The notes beneath the pieces were generated by a model. It searched no databases. It saw nothing but the letters and a program-made list of their open reading frames with translations, and was not told the origin of the DNA. From the NCBI GenBank assembly GCA_020833025.1, contig JAJHRB010000001.1:1-64000 (forward strand): a stretch of DNA of 64,000 nucleotides. Reading direction: 5' to 3'. The stretch comes from Thermoproteaceae archaeon. Its GTDB lineage: Archaea; Thermoproteota; Thermoprotei; Thermoproteales; Thermoproteaceae. Of this stretch, positions 52,212-62,860 are shown in pieces (position 1 is the first letter of the stretch; every line of letters begins with the position of its first letter). The translations under genes and the position numbers were made by a program.

Positions 52212-54006
52212 TGGAGTCGGCAAGATAGAATACATCTCTGGCCCCGTCATCAAAGCAGACCTTCCCGGCGCTAAGCTTTACGAGCTCGTCTTCGTCGGCG
52301 AGCTTAAGCTGTTCGGCGAGGTTGTCAGAATACAGGGAGACAAAGTATTCGTTCAGGTCTACGAGGACACCACCGGTCTCAGGCCGGGCGAGCCGGTCAT
52401 AAGGACCGGCGAGCCGCTCAGCGCGTGGCTCGGGCCGACGATAATGGGCAAGATTTACGACGGGGTGCAGAGGCCTCTCAAGTTCATCGAGGAGATATTC
52501 AAGAGGCCGTTCGTGGCACGAGGCATAGGGTATGACAAGGCGCCGCCGCTCGACTTGAACGCAGAGTTCGAGTTCATGCCAGACGTGAAGCCGGGCGAGG
52601 AGGTCTGGCCAGGCGACATCCTGGGCCACGTCAAGGAGACAGAGCTGACCACACACTACGTAATGTACCCGCCGCTGCCGGGCAACACGCCAGGCGTTGT
52701 CGAGTGGATTGCCGAGGGCAAGCATAGGGTTGACGACGTCATAGCCAGGGTCAGAACAAAGCACGGAGTGGTGGAGGTCAAGATGTGGCACAAGTGGCCC
52801 GTTAGAAAGCCGAGGCCCTTCAGGGAGAAGCTCCCGCCGACGGAGCCTCTAATTACAGGCCAGCGGGTCATTGAAACCATGTTCCCGGTAGCCAGGGGAG
52901 GCACTGCCTCGGTTCCCGGCCCCTTCGGCACCGGCAAGACGGTTCTTCTCAGGGCGCTGTTCCTGTTCGCGCAGGCCAGGATAATCGTGCCAGTGCTCTG
53001 CGGCGAGCGCGGCAACGAGGCTGCCGACGCGCTGCACACGCTGCTGAAGCTTAAGGACGTCGCGACCGGCAGATCGCTCCTGGAGAGGACTATAATTATC
53101 GTCAACACGTCTAACATGCCCGTGGCCGCGAGGGAGGCGTCAGTCTACATGGGCGTAACGATTGCCGAGTACTTCAGAGATCAGGGCTACGACGTTCTCC
53201 TGACGGCGGACTCGACGTCGCGCTGGGCCGAGGCCATGAGGGAGGTCGCGCTGCGTATAGGCGAGATGCCGTCAGAGGAGGGCTTCCCGGCTTACCTGCC
53301 GACCAGGATTGCCGAGTTCTACGAGCGCGCCGGCCGCGTGAGGGTTCTAGGCAAGAAAGAGCGCGTCGGCTCCGTCACGATATGCGCCTCCGTAAGCCCG
53401 CCCGGCGGCGACTTCACAGAGCCGGTCACGTCGCACACCCTCAGGTTCGTGGGCACGTTCTGGCCGCTGTCCGCGAAGCTCGCCTACGCGAGGCACTACC
53501 CCGCAATAGACTGGCTCCTCGCGTTCTCGCGCTACGTCGACACGGTCGAGGTGTGGTGGTCCGCGAACGTATCGCCGGAGTGGAAGAAAATACGGGACGA
53601 GTTCCAGTCTCTGCTGGTCAAGGAGGCCGAGCTCGCAGAGATCGTCAGGATCCTCGGCACAGAGGCGCTGAGCGAGTACGAGAAGCACATAATGAACGCT
53701 GCCTATCTGATCAGGGAGGGCTTCCTGAAGCAGGACGCATACAACCCAGTAGACACGCCGTGTTCGCCCCTCAAGAACTTCCTACTCGCCAAGGCTATCC
53801 ACACGTTCTACGAGGAGGGCTTGAAGGCCGTTGAAGCCGGAGTTCCGGCGTCGGTGCTCAGAGAGCTCGAGACCGTTAAGCGCTTGCCGAGGCTCAGAAT
53901 GGAGGTGACCAACGAGGCAGCCAAGGAGGAGATAACGAAATTCATCGAGAAGATGGTCGAGGAGATCCGGGCCGCGGTGGCCAAATACGCTGGCAGGAAG
54001 GTATAG
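52201..54006 (+). CDS. atpA: A/V-type ATP synthase subunit A
   Basis: GPFGTGKT, CGERGNE, NTSNMPVAAREASVY and DSTSRWAEA. Confidence 0.97.
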   Translation: MSGSGVGKIEYISGPVIKADLPGAKLYELVFVGELKLFGEVVRIQGDKVFVQVYEDTTGLRPGEPVIRTGEPLSAWLGPTIMGKIYDGVQRPLKFIEEIFKRPFVARGIGYDKAPPLDLNAEFEFMPDVKPGEEVWPGDILGHVKETELTTHYVMYPPLPGNTPGVVEWIAEGKHRVDDVIARVRTKHGVVEVKMWHKWPVRKPRPFREKLPPTEPLITGQRVIETMFPVARGGTASVPGPFGTGKTVLLRALFLFAQARIIVPVLCGERGNEAADALHTLLKLKDVATGRSLLERTIIIVNTSNMPVAAREASVYMGVTIAEYFRDQGYDVLLTADSTSRWAEAMREVALRIGEMPSEEGFPAYLPTRIAEFYERAGRVRVLGKKERVGSVTICASVSPPGGDFTEPVTSHTLRFVGTFWPLSAKLAYARHYPAIDWLLAFSRYVDTVEVWWSANVSPEWKKIRDEFQSLLVKEAELAEIVRILGTEALSEYEKHIMNAAYLIREGFLKQDAYNPVDTPCSPLKNFLLAKAIHTFYEEGLKAVEAGVPASVLRELETVKRLPRLRMEVTNEAAKEEITKFIEKMVEEIRAAVAKYAGRKV

Positions 54007-54059
54007 GCCAGCCGGCTCCAGCAGATTTTTTATAAACTAAGCTGGAGATCTCTTTCTCT

Positions 54060-54287
54060 GTGGGCAGAATAGTCATTGGCGTTAAGGACGTTTCTGTCAT
54101 ACCCAGAGAGCAGGCAAAGGAGCTCCTCAAGAAGCTGAGACTGAAGCCGTGGCAACTCCCCTGGATCAGAGCCAGCGACCCCCTTGTTAAGTATGCCGGC
54201 GCGAGGCCCGGAGATATACTGAAAATAGTCGAGGAGTTCCCGACGGCCGAGGAGGTAGTGTGTTACCGCCTCGTCGTGCCGGGATAG
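54060..54287 (+). CDS. rpoH: RNA polymerase subunit H (Rpo5)
   Basis: QLPWIRASDP..GARPGDILKI..YRLVV. Confidence 0.93.
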   Translation: MGRIVIGVKDVSVIPREQAKELLKKLRLKPWQLPWIRASDPLVKYAGARPGDILKIVEEFPTAEEVVCYRLVVPG

Positions 54288-54293
54288 GCAGCC

Positions 54294-57200
54294 ATGCCAG
54301 AGCTCTCTCTACTCCCGGTAATCAAGAGCTCGCGAGAGGAGGAGTTCCCGACTAGTGACGACAGGTGGGCCCTAGTCGAGAGGTTGATTAAAGACCGGGG
54401 CCTCGTATATCACCAGATAAAGTCATTCAACGATTTTCTTGAAAGGAAGCTGCATAAAATAATAGAGGAGTTCAAGGTTATTGAGACAGAGATAAAGGGG
54501 CTCAGAATAATCCTTGAGAGAATTGAAGTAGAGTGGCCCAGAATAAAGGAGAGCGACGGCTCCGAGTCGCTCATATTCCCGATGGAGGCAAGGCTTCGCA
54601 ACGCGACTTACGCCGCGCCGATGAAACTTGTTGCAACTCTATATGTTGACGACGAGCCCTATATCACTGACAAGTTCTACATTGGTGATCTGCCAATAAT
54701 GGTTAAGTCTAAGAGGTGTAACTTGACGAGACTCAAGCCAGAGGAGTACGTTAAGAAATTTGAGGACCCAGAAGACTTTGGCGGCTACTTCATAATTAAC
54801 GGCAGCGAGCGAGTGGTAATATCTCAAGAGGACCTGGTTACGGACAGGCCGATTTATGATGAGGGTGACAGGCCATCTGTTAAGTACATCGCAAAGGTTG
54901 CCTCGACAGGCATAGGCTACAGGAGCACGGTAACAGTAGAACTGCACAGAGACGGCATTATTTACGTCATACTGTCAGCAATACCCGTGAGAATTCCGTT
55001 CCCGATCTACATGAAGGCCTTGGGCCTTGCGACAGACGAGGAAATAGTCAGAGCGGTGTCGGACGACCCCGAGATACAAAAGGAGCTCCTGCCGTCTCTA
55101 GTGATCGCGAGCCAGCTGGCCGCGACCCAGGAGGACGCGCTGGACTACATAGGCGGCAAGGTTGCCGTGGGGCAGCCCAGGCCCGTGAGAGTTGAGAGGG
55201 CCCTTCAGATGCTGGATAAATACTTCCTGCCGCATCTGGGCACGACGGCGACAGACGAGAAAAAGCAACAGGAGATCCGGCTGAGGAAGGCCCTCATGCT
55301 CGGGCAGATAGTCAAGGGGCTTGTGGAGCTGCAGCTCGGCAGGAGAAAACCTGATGACAAGGACCATGTGGCAAATAAGAGGGTGAGGCTCGTTGGCGAC
55401 TTGATAGCGCAGCTCTTCAGGACAGTATTCAAGCAGTTCTTGCAAGAGCTAAGGAGCCAGCTTGAGAAGTACTACGCCAGAGGGAGGATACCGCACCTGC
55501 AGACAATAGCAAGACCGGACATCATAACCGAGAGAATAAGGCAGGCGCTGGCCACCGGGAACTGGGTCGGCGGCAAGACCGGCGTCTCGCAGCTGCTCGA
55601 CAGGACTGACTACCTCTCGACGCTTAGTTATCTCAGGCGGGTGGTCTCGTCGCTGTCCAGAGCCCAGCCGCACTTTGAGGCGCGCGACCTCCACCCGACG
55701 CAGTGGGGCAGGCTGTGTGCCGTCGAGACTCCCGAGGGCCAGAACGTGGGCCTAGTGAAGAACCTGGCCTTGCTGGCTGAGGTGACGGGCGGAATTGACG
55801 AGGAGGAGGTAGAGCAGTTACTGTACAGCCTCAAGGTCGTGCCAATACTGAGGGCGAGAGAGAAGGGCGTGCGCGGCGCCGAGGTGTACCTCAACGGGAG
55901 GTTGATAGGCATTCACACAAATCCCGAGGAGCTTGTGAATACAGTGCGGAGCCTCAGAAGGCAGGGGAAGATAAGCTACGAGATCAATATCGCCTACCTT
56001 AACAACGCGGTGTGCGTGAACTGTGATGGAGGGCGCCTCAGGAGGCCTCTTCTCGTCGTTGAGAGTGGAAAGCTCAAGCTGACGGAGGAGGTAGTCGAGA
56101 GAGTGAGACGCGGCGAGCTCAGCTGGGACGACCTAGTAAAGATGGGCGTTATTGAGTATCTCGACGCGGACGAGGAGGAGAACGCGAGAATAGCAGTAGA
56201 CCCCCGCGGAGATCTTAGCGGCTACACGCACGTAGAGATAATACCGTCTGCTATACTCGGCGCCGTGGCGTCAATCATACCGTACCTAGAGCACAACCAG
56301 TCGCCGCGCAATCAGTACGAGGCGGCCATGGCAAAGCAGTCGCTGGGCCTGCCGCAGCTTAACTTCCTCTACAAGCTCGACCCGAGAGGCCACATGCTCT
56401 ACTACCCGGAGAGGCCTATAGTCACCACGCGCGGGCTGGAGCTTATTGGCCTCTCAAGAAGGCCGGCGGGCCAGAACGCTGTGGTGGCGCTTCTAGCCCT
56501 TGCCGGCTACGGCATGGAGGATGCCGTTATCCTGAACAGGGCAGCTGTTGAGCGCGGCATGATGCGCTCCGTGTTCTACAGGACCTACGAGACCGAGGAG
56601 CAGAAGTATCCGGGCGGCGAGGAGGACAGAATAGAAATACCTGATAGCTCTGTCAAGGGCTACAGAGGGCCCGAGGCATACAGCCACCTAGACGAGGACG
56701 GAATTGCACCGCCCGAGGTTTATGTGAGCAGCGGCGAGGTGATTATAGGCAAGACGTCGCCGCCGAGATTCTACACGACGCTTGAGGCCGAGCGCATCAT
56801 AAAGGAGAGGCGGGACTCGTCCGTCGCCGTGAGGCGCGGCGAGAGAGGCATTGTCGACAAGGTCGTCATAACTGAGTCGCAGGAGGGCAACAGACTTGTG
56901 AAGGTGAGACTGAGGGAGCTTAGAATTCCCGAACTGGGGGACAAGTTTGCATCACGCCACGGGCAGAAGGGCGTTGCCGGAATGCTGCTGAGGCACGAAG
57001 ACATGCCGTTCACTGAGAGCGGCACAGTGCCTGACATCATAGTGAACCCACACGCACTGCCGTCGCGCATGACGGTTGGCCAGCTTCTGGAGAGCATGGC
57101 GGGGAAGGTCGGCGCCCTGATGGGCGCGCTTGTTGACGCGACGCCGTTTGAGGGCATTAAGGAGGACGAGCTGAGAAGGCTCCTGCTGAAGCTCGGCTAC

Positions 57201-57677
57201 AGATGGGACGGGAAGGAGGTCATGTATAGCGGCATGACCGGCGAGAAACTCGTTGCCGATGTGTTCATAGGCATTGTGTACTACCAGAAGCTGCACCACA
57301 TGGTTGCTGATAAGATTCACGCAAGGGCGAGGGGGCCCGTGCAGATCCTCACTAGACAGCCGACTGAGGGGCGCTCGCGCGAGGGCGGGCTTAGACTCGG
57401 CGAGATGGAAAGGGACGTCTTCATAGCGCATGGAGCCTCTGCGCTGCTTTACGAGAGGCTCGTGGAGTCCAGCGACAAGTACGCGATGTACGTTTGCGAG
57501 CTCTGCGGGCTTCCCGCTTATCTGGACGCGAGGATCAATAGGCCGAGGTGTCCCATTCACGGCGATGCGGGTCAGTTCGCCAGAGTTATAGTGCCCTATG
57601 CATTCAAGCTCTTGCTGCAGGAGCTCATTGCGCTTGGCATATATCCCAGGCTGGAATTAACGGAAGTACTGGAGTAG
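54294..57677 (+). CDS. rpoB: RNA polymerase subunit B (unsplit)
   Basis: GGYFIINGSER, ETPEG.N.GL, GDKFASRHGQKG and RLGEMERD. Confidence 0.98.
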   Translation: MPELSLLPVIKSSREEEFPTSDDRWALVERLIKDRGLVYHQIKSFNDFLERKLHKIIEEFKVIETEIKGLRIILERIEVEWPRIKESDGSESLIFPMEARLRNATYAAPMKLVATLYVDDEPYITDKFYIGDLPIMVKSKRCNLTRLKPEEYVKKFEDPEDFGGYFIINGSERVVISQEDLVTDRPIYDEGDRPSVKYIAKVASTGIGYRSTVTVELHRDGIIYVILSAIPVRIPFPIYMKALGLATDEEIVRAVSDDPEIQKELLPSLVIASQLAATQEDALDYIGGKVAVGQPRPVRVERALQMLDKYFLPHLGTTATDEKKQQEIRLRKALMLGQIVKGLVELQLGRRKPDDKDHVANKRVRLVGDLIAQLFRTVFKQFLQELRSQLEKYYARGRIPHLQTIARPDIITERIRQALATGNWVGGKTGVSQLLDRTDYLSTLSYLRRVVSSLSRAQPHFEARDLHPTQWGRLCAVETPEGQNVGLVKNLALLAEVTGGIDEEEVEQLLYSLKVVPILRAREKGVRGAEVYLNGRLIGIHTNPEELVNTVRSLRRQGKISYEINIAYLNNAVCVNCDGGRLRRPLLVVESGKLKLTEEVVERVRRGELSWDDLVKMGVIEYLDADEEENARIAVDPRGDLSGYTHVEIIPSAILGAVASIIPYLEHNQSPRNQYEAAMAKQSLGLPQLNFLYKLDPRGHMLYYPERPIVTTRGLELIGLSRRPAGQNAVVALLALAGYGMEDAVILNRAAVERGMMRSVFYRTYETEEQKYPGGEEDRIEIPDSSVKGYRGPEAYSHLDEDGIAPPEVYVSSGEVIIGKTSPPRFYTTLEAERIIKERRDSSVAVRRGERGIVDKVVITESQEGNRLVKVRLRELRIPELGDKFASRHGQKGVAGMLLRHEDMPFTESGTVPDIIVNPHALPSRMTVGQLLESMAGKVGALMGALVDATPFEGIKEDELRRLLLKLGYRWDGKEVMYSGMTGEKLVADVFIGIVYYQKLHHMVADKIHARARGPVQILTRQPTEGRSREGGLRLGEMERDVFIAHGASALLYERLVESSDKYAMYVCELCGLPAYLDARINRPRCPIHGDAGQFARVIVPYAFKLLLQELIALGIYPRLELTEVLE

Positions 57678-57789
57678 AAGGCAGTATGTCGCTAAATTCC
57701 AGCCGGCGGCCCTCGCGTACCGGGAGGGCGCCCAAAAAGGGCTGGGGGGTCGTTCTGCTAGAGGCTTTTTATACTGATGCGCAAAGAGA

Positions 57790-60456
57790 TTGGTGTCGCT
57801 CGCTGAGAGCGTAGAGACAGTGCCACTCAAAGCCATCAAGTCAGCTAAATTCGGGCTGCTCAGCCCAGAGATAGTGAGAAAATACGCAATCATGGAAATT
57901 ACGACATCAGAGGTCTACGACGAGGGAGGCCTGCCCGTGAGGGGTGGTATTACTGACAGAAGGCTCGGCGTTGCCGAACCCGGGGCGCGCTGCGAGACGT
58001 GCGGGCACGCTTACGACACGTGTCCCGGACACTTCGGTTATATAGAGCTTGTCAAGCCCGTAATTCACGTCGGGTTTGCCCGCATGATTTATGACATACT
58101 CAGGGCCACGTGCCCAAACTGCGGGCGCATAATGTTGAGAAATGACGAGATAAAGCGATACAGAGAGAGGCTAGCTAGGCTCAGGCAGAGGTGGAGGCTC
58201 CTTGCACTCAACCTCCACGAGAAAATACGCAAGAAGGCCTCCGAGAGAGCAGTATGCCCGCACTGCGGGCATAAGAAGAATAAGATGAAGTTCGAGCGAC
58301 CGTACTACTTTTACGAGGAGACAGAGGGCGGCGCGCTAGTAAAGCTAGATCCAGAGACTCTGAGAGAGAGACTCGCCAAAGTCCCCGGGGAGGACCTAGA
58401 GCTGCTGGGCATAGACCCGGCAGTCGCCAGGCCCGAGTGGGCAATACTGCGGCTGCTGCCAGTCCCGCCGCCGCACGTGAGACCATCAATACAGCTTGAA
58501 AGTGGCGTGAGGTCAGAGGATGACTTGACGCACAAGCTCGTGGACATTATACGGATGAATGAGAAGCTGAAAATGGCGATAGAAACTGGCGCTCCTACGA
58601 ACGTCATTGAGAGCCTGTGGGACCTGCTGCAGTATCACGTCGCGACGTACTTTGACAACGAGCTGCCCGGCGTACCCGTGGCTAAGCATCGCAGCGGGAG
58701 GCCCCTAAAGGGCCTGGCGCAGAGACTTAAGGGCAAGGAGGGGAGGTTCCGCGGCTCGCTCTCCGGCAAGCGCGTGAACTTCTCGGCCCGCACCGTAATA
58801 AGCCCGGACCCGAACATCAGCATAAATGAGGTGGGCGTGCCCTACGAGATTGCAAAGATTGTGACCGTGCCCGAGAGGGTGACCGAGTGGAATATTGACT
58901 TTCTGCGGGAGCTCGTGATTAGGGGGCCTGACGTGTGGCCAGGCGCCAATTACGTGATAACACCAGAGGGGAGGAGAATTGACTTGAGATACGTGAAGGA
59001 CAGGAAGGCGCTTGCCGAGCGGCTGGCACCCGGCTGGGTCGTTGAGAGACACCTGATAGACGGGGACGTCGTGCTCTTCAACAGGCAGCCAAGTCTCCAT
59101 AGGGTGTCAATGATGGGACACATTGTCAAGGTGCTGCCCGGCAGGACTTTCAGGCTTCACCTGTCAGTATGCCCGCCTTACAATGCTGACTTTGACGGGG
59201 ACGAGATGAATCTCCACGCCCCTCAGACTGAAGAGGCAAGGGCGGAGGCGAGGACGCTCATGCTGGTGGAGAAGCAGATAATAACCCCGCGCTACGGCGG
59301 CTCCATAATCGGGGCGAGGCAGGACTACATCATAGGTGCCTACCTGCTGTCGCATAAGAGCACGTTTATCACAAAGAGGGAGCTGGCATATCTCCTAGGC
59401 GCCGGGATGTCAGCAGAGGACCCGCCTGAGCCGGCAATATTGCACCCTGTAGAGCTGTGGACGGGCAAACAAGTTATCTCTCACTTCCTCCCGAGGGACT
59501 TAACTTGGGTGCAGCCCACGGCGTTTAAGAGCAAGTGTCAAGACGCGTTCAGGTGCGACAGGGACGAGTGGATTATTGTAATTAATGGCGAGCTCGTTAA
59601 GGGAGTTCTTGACAAGAAGTCCATCGGCGCGGAGCAGATCGGCTCCCTATGGCACAGAATCGCAAGGGACTACTCACCAGAGGTTGCGAGGCGGTGGCTC
59701 GACTCGTCGCTGCGGGTGTTTTTGAGGTTCCTGGACTTGCACGGCTTCTCTCTCGGAATGGACTCGCTGCACTTGCCGCGGGAGGCGTATGAGGAGATAG
59801 ATAGAATTGTAAAGAGCGGCATTGAGAAGGCCTACGAGCTGCTGAACGACTACAGGAGTGGGCGTCTTGAGGCGATGCCCGGCCTCACGGTTCACGAGAC
59901 ATTCGAGAATAGAATTGCCGAAATTCTCTCGAAGGTGCGCGAGGAGGCCGCCTACGTCGTGGAGAGGTACCTCGCGAAGAACTCGGAGGGCTACCTAATG
60001 GCCAAGACTGGGGCCCGGGGCAGTATCATAAATATCGTGCAAATGGTCGCAGTTCTGGGCCAGCAGACTATTAGAGGCGAGCGCATCAGGCGGGGCTTCA
60101 GGACACGCACGCTGCCGCACTTTCCCGCTGACGACATAGGCCCGCACGCCGGCGGCTTCGTGCAAGGCGCCTTCAAGTTTGGGCTCTCGCCGATTGAGTA
60201 TTTCTTCCACGCAGCTGCAGGCAGAGACGGCCTCATTGACACGGCAGTGCGCACGGCCCAGTCTGGCTACATGCAGAGGCGCCTAATAAACGCGCTGCAA
60301 GATATCTACGTGGCGTACGACGGCACGGTGAGATTCGGCGGCACGCTGCTATTGCAGCCACTCTATGGCGGGGATGGAGTTGACGTCAGCCGCTCTGACC
60401 ACGGTAAGATTATTGACATGGGCGTGTTAAGGCTGGCCGCGAGGGTCGGGACATGA
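57790..60456 (+). CDS. rpoA1: RNA polymerase subunit A'
   Basis: CPGHFG, GKRVNFSAR, NRQPSLH and YNADFDGDEMN. Confidence 0.98.
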   Translation: MVSLAESVETVPLKAIKSAKFGLLSPEIVRKYAIMEITTSEVYDEGGLPVRGGITDRRLGVAEPGARCETCGHAYDTCPGHFGYIELVKPVIHVGFARMIYDILRATCPNCGRIMLRNDEIKRYRERLARLRQRWRLLALNLHEKIRKKASERAVCPHCGHKKNKMKFERPYYFYEETEGGALVKLDPETLRERLAKVPGEDLELLGIDPAVARPEWAILRLLPVPPPHVRPSIQLESGVRSEDDLTHKLVDIIRMNEKLKMAIETGAPTNVIESLWDLLQYHVATYFDNELPGVPVAKHRSGRPLKGLAQRLKGKEGRFRGSLSGKRVNFSARTVISPDPNISINEVGVPYEIAKIVTVPERVTEWNIDFLRELVIRGPDVWPGANYVITPEGRRIDLRYVKDRKALAERLAPGWVVERHLIDGDVVLFNRQPSLHRVSMMGHIVKVLPGRTFRLHLSVCPPYNADFDGDEMNLHAPQTEEARAEARTLMLVEKQIITPRYGGSIIGARQDYIIGAYLLSHKSTFITKRELAYLLGAGMSAEDPPEPAILHPVELWTGKQVISHFLPRDLTWVQPTAFKSKCQDAFRCDRDEWIIVINGELVKGVLDKKSIGAEQIGSLWHRIARDYSPEVARRWLDSSLRVFLRFLDLHGFSLGMDSLHLPREAYEEIDRIVKSGIEKAYELLNDYRSGRLEAMPGLTVHETFENRIAEILSKVREEAAYVVERYLAKNSEGYLMAKTGARGSIINIVQMVAVLGQQTIRGERIRRGFRTRTLPHFPADDIGPHAGGFVQGAFKFGLSPIEYFFHAAAGRDGLIDTAVRTAQSGYMQRRLINALQDIYVAYDGTVRFGGTLLLQPLYGGDGVDVSRSDHGKIIDMGVLRLAARVGT

Positions 60457-61592
60457 TGTCGAGACAGGAGCTGCTGGCTAAGCTCTTGAACTTACTGCCG
60501 AAGCCGCTCTACAGGGAGCTCGAGAGCGCAATACGCGACCTAAGCGATGAGAAAGCGCTGCAGCTTGTGTACCGCGTTCTAAAGTCCTACATCTCGTCGC
60601 TCATAGATCCCGGCGAGGCCATCGGAATAGTCACGGCGCAGTCAATCGGAGAGCCCAGCACGCAGATGGTCCTCCGGTCTTTCCACTACGCGGGTCTCAA
60701 GGAGTTCTCGATGGCCAAGGGCCTGCCGAGAATGGTAGAGATCGTCGACGCCAGGAGGGCGCCCTCGATACCGCTGATGTACGTCTACCTCAAGCCGCCG
60801 CACAACAAGAGTAGAGATGCGGCGGAGTCTGTCGCGAAAAAGATACAGCAAGTGACTGTGAATGCCGTCGCGAGGGAGGTAGACGTCGATTACCTAGCAG
60901 GCACTATTACCATAACACTGGACTCAGAGCAATTGAAATACCGCGGCTTGAGCGTAGAAGACGTCAGAAGGGCCGTGAGCAAGATTCGGGGGAGAGACTT
61001 GAGCGTGGCGGTGCAAGATTGCAGTATCACGATAATGCTGAACACGCCGGATATACTGAAGCTCAGAAAGGTTCGCGACAAGGTTCTTAACACAAGAATC
61101 TCAGGCATAAGGGGAGTAAAGAAGGTCGTGATACAGTATGACTCGACAAATAATGAGTGGTTCATAATCACGGAGGGCACGAATCTTGAGGCAGTGCTGC
61201 AGCTTGAGGAAGTCGACAAGACCAGAACTTACAGTAACAACCTGCACGAGGTTGAGGAGGTTCTGGGCATCGAGGCCGCGAAGGCACTAATTGCGAGAGA
61301 GATAAAGCGCGTCCTCGACGAGCAGGGGCTTGACGTCGATATTAGGCACATGTACCTGGTGGCTGATGCAATGACGTGGTCAGGCAGGGTGAGGCCCATC
61401 GGGCGCCACGGCGTCGTGAGGGCCAAGGAGTCGCCGCTCGCGCGCGCTGCGTTTGAGGTAACCGTCAAGACACTGCTCGAGGCAGCAATGAGGGGAGAGC
61501 CCGAGCACTTCAAGGGCGTCGTGGAGAGCATAATAGCGGGGAAGTACACACCCATAGGCACCGGCATGGTGCGCCTGCTGATGCAGCTATAA
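60453..61592 (+). CDS. rpoA2: RNA polymerase subunit A''
   Basis: PGEAIGIVTAQSIGEPSTQM, RAAFE and IGTG. Confidence 0.97.
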   Translation: MMSRQELLAKLLNLLPKPLYRELESAIRDLSDEKALQLVYRVLKSYISSLIDPGEAIGIVTAQSIGEPSTQMVLRSFHYAGLKEFSMAKGLPRMVEIVDARRAPSIPLMYVYLKPPHNKSRDAAESVAKKIQQVTVNAVAREVDVDYLAGTITITLDSEQLKYRGLSVEDVRRAVSKIRGRDLSVAVQDCSITIMLNTPDILKLRKVRDKVLNTRISGIRGVKKVVIQYDSTNNEWFIITEGTNLEAVLQLEEVDKTRTYSNNLHEVEEVLGIEAAKALIAREIKRVLDEQGLDVDIRHMYLVADAMTWSGRVRPIGRHGVVRAKESPLARAAFEVTVKTLLEAAMRGEPEHFKGVVESIIAGKYTPIGTGMVRLLMQL

Positions 61593-61623
61593 CTTTAATT
61601 AGGGGCGCGAAAACTTGCGTGCT

Positions 61624-61932
61624 ATGATTGACATAGGCAGGGAGCTCCAGGTCGCAATGTCGACAGGCAGGGTGGCAATAGGATTTAAGGAGGCGAAAAA
61701 GGCGCTCTTGACCGGCTCCCCGAAGCTTGTGATAATAGCTGCAAACGCTCCCAAGTGGGCGCGCGACGACATCGAGCACTACGCCAGGCTCGCCGGGGTT
61801 CCTGTGTTTATCTTCCCGGGCTCCAGCATTGAGCTCGGCGCCGCCGCGAAGAGGCCGCACAAGATAATGGCCATGGCAGTTATGGACCCAGGGCAGAGCG
61901 AGATCCTAAAGCTGGTTGAGCGTCATGCCTGA
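61624..61932 (+). CDS. rpl30e: 50S ribosomal protein L30e
   Basis: [24 protein letters not shown] and DPGQS. Confidence 0.95.
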   Translation: MIDIGRELQVAMSTGRVAIGFKEAKKALLTGSPKLVIIAANAPKWARDDIEHYARLAGVPVFIFPGSSIELGAAAKRPHKIMAMAVMDPGQSEILKLVERHA

Positions 61933-62359
61933 GATAAGGCTAACCGAGGAGGAGATCCGATTCGCAACGCTCTTCGAGAGCGTAACTGGCGTGACGCCGC
62001 TCGACGTCATTCTCGACAGCGAGTACTCCAGGGTCATTTACGTGGTGCCAAAAAACCAGGCCGCGATGGCCGTGGGGCGCGGCGGCTCTAATGTAAAGCT
62101 TCTCAGGCAGGTTATTGGGAGGGACGTGGAGGTGGTGGAGACCGGGGACACGCCGGAGGAGCTCATCAAGAACAGCCTCTACCCCGCGAGAGTTATCATG
62201 GTGAAAGTCGTCAAGGCGCCGTCCGGCACGAAGACTGCTATTGCGACAGTGGCTTCTGGGGACAAGGGCATAGCCATAGGCAGGAACGGGCGCAACATAG
62301 CAAGGGCGCGCCTGCTGGCAAAACGATACTATGACATTGACAAGATAGTGCTCACGTGA
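61925..62359 (+). CDS. nusA: Archaeal NusA (KH domains)
   Basis: AVGRGGSNV and [11 protein letters not shown] motifs. Confidence 0.95.
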   Translation: MPEIRLTEEEIRFATLFESVTGVTPLDVILDSEYSRVIYVVPKNQAAMAVGRGGSNVKLLRQVIGRDVEVVETGDTPEELIKNSLYPARVIMVKVVKAPSGTKTAIATVASGDKGIAIGRNGRNIARARLLAKRYYDIDKIVLT

Positions 62360-62401
62360 GCGCCTGTGCTAAGGCTTTTATACGCTGGGAGCGGCACTGC
62401 C

Positions 62402-62845
62402 GTGCCCGGCAAGAAGTCGCCTAGCGGTTTGTTTGCGGGCGGCAGGATCAAGAGGAAGAGACAGAAATTCAGATGGAGCGATATAAACTACAAGCGGAGG
62501 ATGCTCGGCCTTGTCGAGAAATACGACCCGCTGGAGGGCGCGCCGATGGCGCGGGGCATTGTGCTCGAGAAGGTAGGCGTCGAGGCGAGGAAGCCAAACG
62601 CCGCCGTTAGGAAGTGCGTTAGGGTTCAGCTGGTTAAGAATGGCAAGGTGGTCACGGCCTTCGTGCCGCTTGACGGCAGTCTGAATTACATCAATGAGCA
62701 CGACGAGGTGATAATTGAGCGCATAGGCGGGCCTGAGGGGAGGTCGCTCGGCGACATTCCCGGCGTGAGATTCAAAGTGACTAAAGTGAATGGAATTTCT
62801 CTCTACGCGATCTGGAGGGGCAAAAAGCAGAAACCCACCAGGTAG
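62402..62845 (+). CDS. rps12: 30S ribosomal protein S12
   Basis: [32 protein letters not shown] 62402 chosen from TATA spacing. Confidence 0.97.
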   Translation: MPGKKSPSGLFAGGRIKRKRQKFRWSDINYKRRMLGLVEKYDPLEGAPMARGIVLEKVGVEARKPNAAVRKCVRVQLVKNGKVVTAFVPLDGSLNYINEHDEVIIERIGGPEGRSLGDIPGVRFKVTKVNGISLYAIWRGKKQKPTR

Positions 62846-62860
62846 GGGTCGCTCGCAGTA

